Of a DNA stretch of 43,295 nucleotides, positions 37,812 to 43,295 are shown piece by piece; the stretch's first letter is position 1; each line of letters starts with the position of its first letter. The stretch is from an uncultured Granulosicoccaceae bacterium (GTDB taxonomy: Bacteria; Pseudomonadota; Gammaproteobacteria; Granulosicoccales; Granulosicoccaceae): assembly GCA_937923745.1 (NCBI GenBank), contig CALDUO010000171.1:1-43295 (forward strand). Reading direction: 5' to 3'. Made by a program: the position numbers and the translations under genes. Below the pieces are notes generated by a model. That model worked only from the letters and a program-made list of their open reading frames with translations. It did no database searches and was not told the origin of the DNA.

Positions 37812-38489
37812 CTAGGGATCACCTGCCACACCATAACTCGGTGCTACCGATGGATTGATCGCGCGGTTCAGATAATCGAGCATTTGTGGCTCATAAGCCT
37901 GCCATAACGAACGCATGACACCAAGCGGATTCCGATCATCCCAGTCGACGCGCAAATCTACCAGCGGATACGGCATCTCTGCTGACACCAACAGCGCTGC
38001 CGAATGGATATCACCCTCCTCGCCACCAGCTGCTAACCCGGCTTCGATACCCTGCAATAGACGCTCTGCCAGATGCGCCTCTGGTGACGCATGAAAGCCG
38101 TCGCAGATAGCCTCTGGTACTGATTCTGAAGACAGCAAATTACCGGCAGCTATGCAATCGGTTGCTCCACAAACGGCGTGAATGCCAAGAATATTGGCTC
38201 CGGTATAGTGGCTGGTGTTGCCATTGGCATCCACCGCAGTCAGCTGGCGATACTCAATATGTTTACGTTGTTCGGTGACTGTAGTGATAGCAGTGGTTGC
38301 ATCCTGTCCGGACGCCATGCTATCGAGCACCAGACTCGCCAGATGGGGGTCAGTGATGTTCTGGGTTGCCACCGCCCCGACGCCGGCGCGTGCATGCGGA
38401 CAGCGCGAGCCTACCGCTATAGACGACGTGGTAATGGCAACACCAAACATACCGGTTCGGGCGCAACGCGCCGCAATGGAGAACGTCAT
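37812..38489 (-). CDS. DUF1028 family (Ntn-hydrolase-like) protein
   Basis: Start at internal ATG (MTFSIAARCARTGMFGVAITTSS...), a typical DUF1028 N-terminus with the nucleophile right after the Met; ORF-track start 38513 is 8 codons longer. Confidence 0.7.
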   Translation of the reverse strand: MTFSIAARCARTGMFGVAITTSSIAVGSRCPHARAGVGAVATQNITDPHLASLVLDSMASGQDATTAITTVTEQRKHIEYRQLTAVDANGNTSHYTGANILGIHAVCGATDCIAAGNLLSSESVPEAICDGFHASPEAHLAERLLQGIEAGLAAGGEEGDIHSAALLVSAEMPYPLVDLRVDWDDRNPLGVMRSLWQAYEPQMLDYLNRAINPSVAPSYGVAGDP

Positions 38490-38592
38490 AGTTTTAATCC
38501 TCGAACGACACACCCTGCCGTCGCTTTAACCCAGTGGCTATTCTGGCAACCACAGACAAGGGCTGTAATTTAGCCACCTGTCATCTGGCCCG

Positions 38593-39009
38593 CTAATCAG
38601 GGATAACCGCCGTCACTTCAATCTCTACCACCCATTCGGGACGCGCAAGCGCTGTAACTACCAAACCGGTAGAGCACGGAAAAACACCTTTTAACCATGT
38701 TCCCATTTCCTGATAAACAGCTTCTCTATAGCGAATATCGGTGAGATACACAACGATTCGACAGATACTGTCGAGTGTTGTTCCTGCCTCTTCGAGTAGC
38801 AATTTAATATTTTCCATGGCTTTTTGCGTTTGCAAACCAGCGTCATCAGGATGCAATGACTCCCGGGAATCAAGGTCTTGGGATATCTGCCCACGCAAGA
38901 ACACCATGGTACCCCTGGCAACAACACCTTGACATAAATCATTATCAAGCTTTTGTTCAGGGTATGTTTCACGGGTATTAAACGGTCTGATTCGTTTGTG
39001 CATTGTCAT
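38593..39009 (-). CDS. RidA/YjgF (reactive-intermediate deaminase) family protein
   Basis: 138 aa; fold-typical segments (VFLRGQIS..., IVVYLTDI...); family call from memory. Confidence 0.65.
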   Translation of the reverse strand: MTMHKRIRPFNTRETYPEQKLDNDLCQGVVARGTMVFLRGQISQDLDSRESLHPDDAGLQTQKAMENIKLLLEEAGTTLDSICRIVVYLTDIRYREAVYQEMGTWLKGVFPCSTGLVVTALARPEWVVEIEVTAVIPD

Positions 39010-39183
39010 GAGAGTAAGGTCTTTATAGCGTATTGGGCAATTCGATCAACAGAAGCTAATCGGTTCTTAACAGTACCACCAACAAAACACCCTGGCAAAA
39101 CCCTACCGCCAAATAGTATCAACACTGACGCAGGATAACTGAAAGCGGCCTACAGGTTCAGCGCAGAGTCAAGCATGGCAACG

Positions 39184-39930
39184 TTACACCGACCGTGTCG
39201 TTGCCGACACAAGCCGGTACCCCAAGTCCACTTCCTCTTTGTCCAAAAGTGCTTTGTTATTGGCTTCCCATGCACCGCTGGCCAGATCGTTTTGAAGTTT
39301 TTCCAGACCCTCTGCCAATCGCTCAATACTGGCAAAGGGTGAAGTTGCTTGCCTTACTGAAGGCTGAAGATAGGCCGCCGGGCGTTTCCAGAATGCCGTT
39401 AACATGCCGTCGCGACAATCTGCCGGTATAGGTATGGTTTGTATTTCCACGTCATCGAAATACTCACCCAACTCCGCCATCGACGGAAAATTAGTCTGAT
39501 CTTTTAGGTGAATTTCCGGGAAATAGTCGCGGGTTAACCAAAAAGGCGGACTATCGGGGTCCCAGGTAATGGCAACGAACCGACTCGTCGTCACACGATT
39601 TATTTCATGAAAGGCGCGTGGTCTGTCTGTCCAATGGTGCATTGACAGCACCGTCATCGCATGTGAAAACGCATTGTCGGGAAACGGTAATTGTTCAGCG
39701 GAAGCCTGTTCAACCGGATGGGCGTTTGTGTGTCTCTGTGCAATCATGGTAGCCGACGGCTCCACCGCAACCAGTGGCACAGACTCGGGCTCATACGATC
39801 CGGTGCCAGCTCCGATGTTGACGATGCGGGTAGCCCCGGCCAATGCTGCATACAATGGCCGTGCAATACGAGGCTCTGTGCAACGGGTGACCGAGTAGTT
39901 AACGCCCAGCGCGTCGTACAATGCCACCAT
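39184..39930 (-). CDS. class I SAM-dependent methyltransferase
   Basis: 248 aa; motif I VNIGAGTGSY, acidic motif II downstream. Confidence 0.75.
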   Translation of the reverse strand: MVALYDALGVNYSVTRCTEPRIARPLYAALAGATRIVNIGAGTGSYEPESVPLVAVEPSATMIAQRHTNAHPVEQASAEQLPFPDNAFSHAMTVLSMHHWTDRPRAFHEINRVTTSRFVAITWDPDSPPFWLTRDYFPEIHLKDQTNFPSMAELGEYFDDVEIQTIPIPADCRDGMLTAFWKRPAAYLQPSVRQATSPFASIERLAEGLEKLQNDLASGAWEANNKALLDKEEVDLGYRLVSATTRSV

Positions 39931-39987
39931 GTTTCACCCGCTTATGCCATGCCAAACCATCAGCATACCGAAAAAACAACCACGCAA

Positions 39988-40824
39988 TCAGGAAGTTTTA
40001 AACACCTGCGCAATATTTTCGTAAAGCTCGGTCAAAGTCTCCGGAGACTCTTCAGCCACAATCACATACCGCTGTTGATCGTCGGTCCAGCTAGCCGTAC
40101 TCAGGCCGTGAAAGTCTTGCAGGTGCACTGGGGTGTTATTGGATTGACTGGCCGCCATATAACACAACGCCAGCGGTGGCCGACCCTCTTTGTGATACAC
40201 AAGCTGCACCAGGGGCTCGCCTTCAAACCCGAGTTCTTGTGCCCGAACAAATGCATAGCCAGATGCAGTGAGATCGGGTATTGCGGTCGTAAGGCCAGAG
40301 CTTTTTGCAATAGTATCCAACGTTTTTTGGCTGGCAGCCTGGTCTACTTCAATATGTCGAACCGTGTTGGGCACATACAGCGATTGGTAATCCGCTACTC
40401 GCTGCACCCAATCTAAATCTCCCGCTGTAGCGGTGGATCGATCGTGTGACAGCAGACCGGAGCCTGCGACATAACCCACCCCTAAACTCAGCACCAGACA
40501 TGCAGCTTGCAAAAACCGTGATGGCCAAACCCGCCGCTCAGACGAGGACACGTTGGCGCTTTCGGTACCAGAATGTTCAGGCGCAGCACCCGTCTGAGCG
40601 TTCTCGTTTATCAGCTGCCTGACGGTGTTTCGAATGTGCTCAGGCACAGGGGGTTCAGGTTTTTGCTGAAACGCTGCCTGATACGGCAAGCGAGATGCGT
40701 CAAGCGCCGCCAATATTTCTGCCAGCTCAGGATCGTGTGCCGCCGACTGTATGATTTCCTGTCTGCGCTCCTCACTCAGAGCGCCATCGGCATAAAGCAC
40801 TAACTCTTCATCACTGAGTGTCAT
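39988..40824 (-). CDS. transmembrane anti-sigma factor (cognate of the upstream ECF sigma)
   Basis: 278 aa; 4-nt start/stop overlap with the sigma gene; N-terminal cytoplasmic anti-sigma helix region, single TM (FLQAACLVLSLGVGYVAGSGL), periplasmic C-domain. A paralog is at 42156-43082. Confidence 0.7.
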   Translation of the reverse strand: MTLSDEELVLYADGALSEERRQEIIQSAAHDPELAEILAALDASRLPYQAAFQQKPEPPVPEHIRNTVRQLINENAQTGAAPEHSGTESANVSSSERRVWPSRFLQAACLVLSLGVGYVAGSGLLSHDRSTATAGDLDWVQRVADYQSLYVPNTVRHIEVDQAASQKTLDTIAKSSGLTTAIPDLTASGYAFVRAQELGFEGEPLVQLVYHKEGRPPLALCYMAASQSNNTPVHLQDFHGLSTASWTDDQQRYVIVAEESPETLTELYENIAQVFKTS

Positions 40825-41465
40825 AATTTATGATCCGAAATCAGTTGGCTGGAGGTGACCGATTGAGTGTCTAAATTTACGTTCTTCTCCCGTGAGTTGT
40901 TCTCTCGTAAACGGTGCCGACTCGACGACAATTGACTGTCGGTTTGCTGGAAGCGTCCGATCGCCACTCTCGCTCTCGCTAGACGGCTCATTATCGTGCC
41001 CACTGGCACATCCAAGATATCGGCAGCTTCACTGTAGCTAAAGCCTTCCACACTCACCAATAGAATCACCAGACGTTGTGCTTCAGGCAGACGATCAACC
41101 GCATGGCAAACCTGCGCGAGAAACAATGACGTTTCGGTGCTGTCTGATACCGAAGGTGGCTGTAGCGCTGCTGTATCTCCGGAGGCAGTCTCGATGGTGT
41201 CTGATGTGGTATCGAGCGATAAATGAGCGCGGAGTTTTCTGGAGCGGAGGTCATTAAGCCAGATTCGGTGCTGTATTCGAAACAACCAGCTTCTGAATTT
41301 TCCCTGCGCCGCGTAGCTGGACTGATTCTCCAGCGCCTTCACGCAAGTTTTCTGAACGAGGTCGGCAGCATCATCGGCATTGGCCGTCAACCGTAACGCA
41401 AACCGCCACAACGGTTCGAGCTCTGACTCAAGAAGCAACGCTACCTCAGACACTGGTGTATCCAT
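40821..41465 (-). CDS. ECF (sigma-70 group 4, sigma-24-like) RNA polymerase sigma factor
   Basis: 214 aa; region 2 (DAADLVQKTCVKALE...FRSWLFRI) and region 4 HTH (FSYSEAADILDVPVGTIMSRLARAR); C-terminal extension of about 40 aa. Confidence 0.85.
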   Translation of the reverse strand: MDTPVSEVALLLESELEPLWRFALRLTANADDAADLVQKTCVKALENQSSYAAQGKFRSWLFRIQHRIWLNDLRSRKLRAHLSLDTTSDTIETASGDTAALQPPSVSDSTETSLFLAQVCHAVDRLPEAQRLVILLVSVEGFSYSEAADILDVPVGTIMSRLARARVAIGRFQQTDSQLSSSRHRLRENNSREKNVNLDTQSVTSSQLISDHKL

Positions 41466-41662
41466 AAATAATGCACTTAAACGAAATTGACAGAACGTGT
41501 TTCGTCATTGTTCTGGCAGTAGCAAAACACGCTCCCCTCCCTGCTAAACATCACCTGTCGCTCTCCGACCTGCGAGCAGATACGTCGCCAGTACCTGACT
41601 TGATACTGCACAGTCATTGGCCTGATGCACATAACAGCTTTCGTGCTGCCACCCAAAATACC

Positions 41663-41701
41663 ATCGGCTCTGGTGATCGGCTCTGGTGATCGGCACTGGT
41701 G
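41663..41701. repeat. 3 tandem 13-nt repeats ATCGGCTCTGGTG / ATCGGCTCTGGTG / ATCGGCACTGGTG in sigma upstream region
   Basis: Read directly. Confidence 0.8.
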
Positions 41702-42155
41702 CCAGATATAACTAACCAATCAGCTCAATCAAACGGCGTTGCCTTGGACTGAATACTAGCATGGAGCCTGTATCAAATGCATACCCGCACAACACACATT
41801 GTGCGTATAACAGCACACTCTGACCAAGTGCTATCGCAGAATCGATCCTGCCCGCGATAATACAGCCGGGGGCTCTGTTCCCTGATCTCCCACCGAAGTG
41901 TAAATTTTCAGGCGGGTAGTTTGAGATGGCTGGCAGCTGGACAAAAAAACCAGACCTACGACAACAAATGCAGATCGGACGCCGTGATGGCATCAGGAAC
42001 TATCTGAGCAGTACCACACATATTTTAGGGAATAAATTGATTAGCTGCCGTGTTAGTACTAATGGCTCTACCCATAAGCGCCTTCGAACATTAAACAGAT
42101 CGGAAGGTTTGCATCAGGGCCAATTCCTACTGATGCATATTTTCACGCAGACACC

Positions 42156-43082
42156 ATGATTGTTACCAACACCGACCTTGTGCTCTTTGCAGATAAGCAG
42201 CTGCCCCCGGAAAAACGGCAGCTGTTATACGACTTGGCAAAGCATGACGAAAAGTTGAAAGCCACGTTGGCAATGCTGGAGGCTTCGAACCTACCTTTCA
42301 AACCTGCGTTTGAGTGGCAAAATACCTGCGAGCTACCGGATAGATTGCGACAAACCGTAAAACGTATGGTATCCGCTTCAAACCACAGTAATTACCATAA
42401 ATTACCAAACACCAAAACCGGCATCCCACCTGATGTGTTATGTGCAAAACTGTCTGGTGAACTAAAACACGACAACACAAGAATTAGTTTAAGATTCAGC
42501 CAATGGGCTCAAGCGGCGTGTCTTGCTCTTGGAATCGTCACCAGCGCTTTTTTCGGGTATTCGCTGGGAAATCAATCAGCACTGAAAAACAAATCTATAC
42601 GGGATACCCCGGACAGTGTTACCAAACTACAAACAGTTGAAAGTAAGATACAAAAGGAATGGGTCGATACGGTCGCAAATTATCAGTCATTGTATGTCAG
42701 CAATACCGTCAAGGGATTAATACCTGACAGGAAATTTGCTAAAGCCCTTTTGTCAAAAGTAAGTGACAATAACACCATCAACGCCACCATCCCCAACCTG
42801 ACAAAAGAGGGCTATCAGTTCGTACGCGCGCAGGAATTGGGGTATGAAGGCGACATACTGGTTCAGCTTATCTATACAAAAGAAGGACATACACCGCTCG
42901 CCCTTTGCTTTATGTCAGCGACCGGCAGCAGTAACACACCACTAAAAACCACCAAATACCCAAACCTGCTGGCGGCCGATTGGGTCAAACAGGGACAACG
43001 ATTTGTGATTGTTGCATCAGAGACCGCCAGTACTCTACAAAAATTACACACCATAATTGCCACTGCGTTTCACAATACGTGA
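42156..43082 (+). CDS. orphan paralog of the transmembrane anti-sigma factor (no adjacent sigma gene), in an AT-rich segment
   Basis: 308 aa; collinear with the 39988..40824 product: LVLFADKQLPPEKRQ..., TM ACLALGIVTSAFFGY, VANYQSLYV, GYQFVRAQELGYEGDILVQLIYTKEGHTPLALCFM. Noticeably lower GC than the neighbouring genes. Confidence 0.7.
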   Translation: MIVTNTDLVLFADKQLPPEKRQLLYDLAKHDEKLKATLAMLEASNLPFKPAFEWQNTCELPDRLRQTVKRMVSASNHSNYHKLPNTKTGIPPDVLCAKLSGELKHDNTRISLRFSQWAQAACLALGIVTSAFFGYSLGNQSALKNKSIRDTPDSVTKLQTVESKIQKEWVDTVANYQSLYVSNTVKGLIPDRKFAKALLSKVSDNNTINATIPNLTKEGYQFVRAQELGYEGDILVQLIYTKEGHTPLALCFMSATGSSNTPLKTTKYPNLLAADWVKQGQRFVIVASETASTLQKLHTIIATAFHNT

Positions 43083-43295
43083 TGTCCAAATTGGATTTGC
43101 TAGACACTCTCATTGTTAATGGCTGAAGCCCTTGCTGCCGAAAATAAACCACGTTATGACAATCATAATATTAAAAACGAATTTTTTTTCACTGAGAGGG
43201 AATATAGTGGGAATGTTGGGTGTTTTAGTAACAGGTCATCCGATAGCGATGGCTTGTTACAAACCAACTTAAACTATGGGTTGTAACTTTGCAGG

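Noticed and set aside
39691-40416. 241-aa ORF antisense to the anti-sigma gene
   Set aside because: Overlaps a gene with clear paralog support on the opposite strand. No recognisable domains.

Overview
This 43.3-kb window looks like a gammaproteobacterial chromosomal segment of mostly housekeeping genes. The ends of the window and the second anti-sigma gene look more AT-rich than the interior. About 44 protein-coding genes can be supported from the sequence.

Minus strand, in order: an isocitrate/isopropylmalate dehydrogenase-family gene, sucA, sucB and lpdA (2-oxoglutarate dehydrogenase). Then a 242-aa hypothetical protein and a DUF1244 gene. Then a DUF1566-like gene and a ureidoglycolate-lyase-like gene. 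Then a TRAP transporter operon (binding protein, small permease, large permease). Then an overlapping four-gene operon: NorW/rubredoxin-reductase-like flavoprotein, hotdog thioesterase, Zn-ribbon Nudix hydrolase, PfkB sugar kinase. Then an MFS/acyltransferase fusion, a cold-shock protein and pepN. Then PhzF, a PTP-like pseudogene, two GNATs, DUF1028, RidA and a methyltransferase. Finally an ECF sigma factor with its anti-sigma factor.

Plus strand: a partial membrane-protein gene, an ArsN2-like GNAT, DUF3301, ychJ, fadD, a double-rhodanese sulfurtransferase, a Crp/Fnr regulator, a DUF2892 gene, a slipin (SPFH) gene, a GntR regulator, an HExxH membrane protein, an S41 C-terminal processing protease, an Fe-alcohol dehydrogenase, and a second orphan anti-sigma paralog.

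There is one tRNA-Lys(UUU)-like gene whose acceptor stem does not pair (A1/G72, C2/C71), lying in a 1.06-kb non-coding region.

Nothing resembling a multi-gene defence or mobile system (no integrase, transposase or CRISPR) was seen. Things worth follow-up:
- An orphan promoter-terminator unit (near-consensus sigma70 promoter, then an intrinsic terminator about 270 nt downstream) with no credible ORF, i.e. a candidate sRNA or micro-protein gene, sitting just upstream of the tRNA-Lys-like gene.
- Degenerate short tandem direct repeats (period mostly 12 nt, also 7, 13, 14 and 16 nt) in most of the longer intergenic spacers and in-frame inside at least two ORFs, where they encode 4-aa repeat linkers.
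- A dual-specificity-phosphatase-like gene interrupted by an in-frame TAA.
- An ECF sigma/anti-sigma pair with a divergent, AT-rich, sigma-less anti-sigma paralog.
- A membrane-anchored HExxHxxGxxD protein transcribed divergently from pepN.

All calls rest on reading the sequence and on recalled family signatures. No database search was run.
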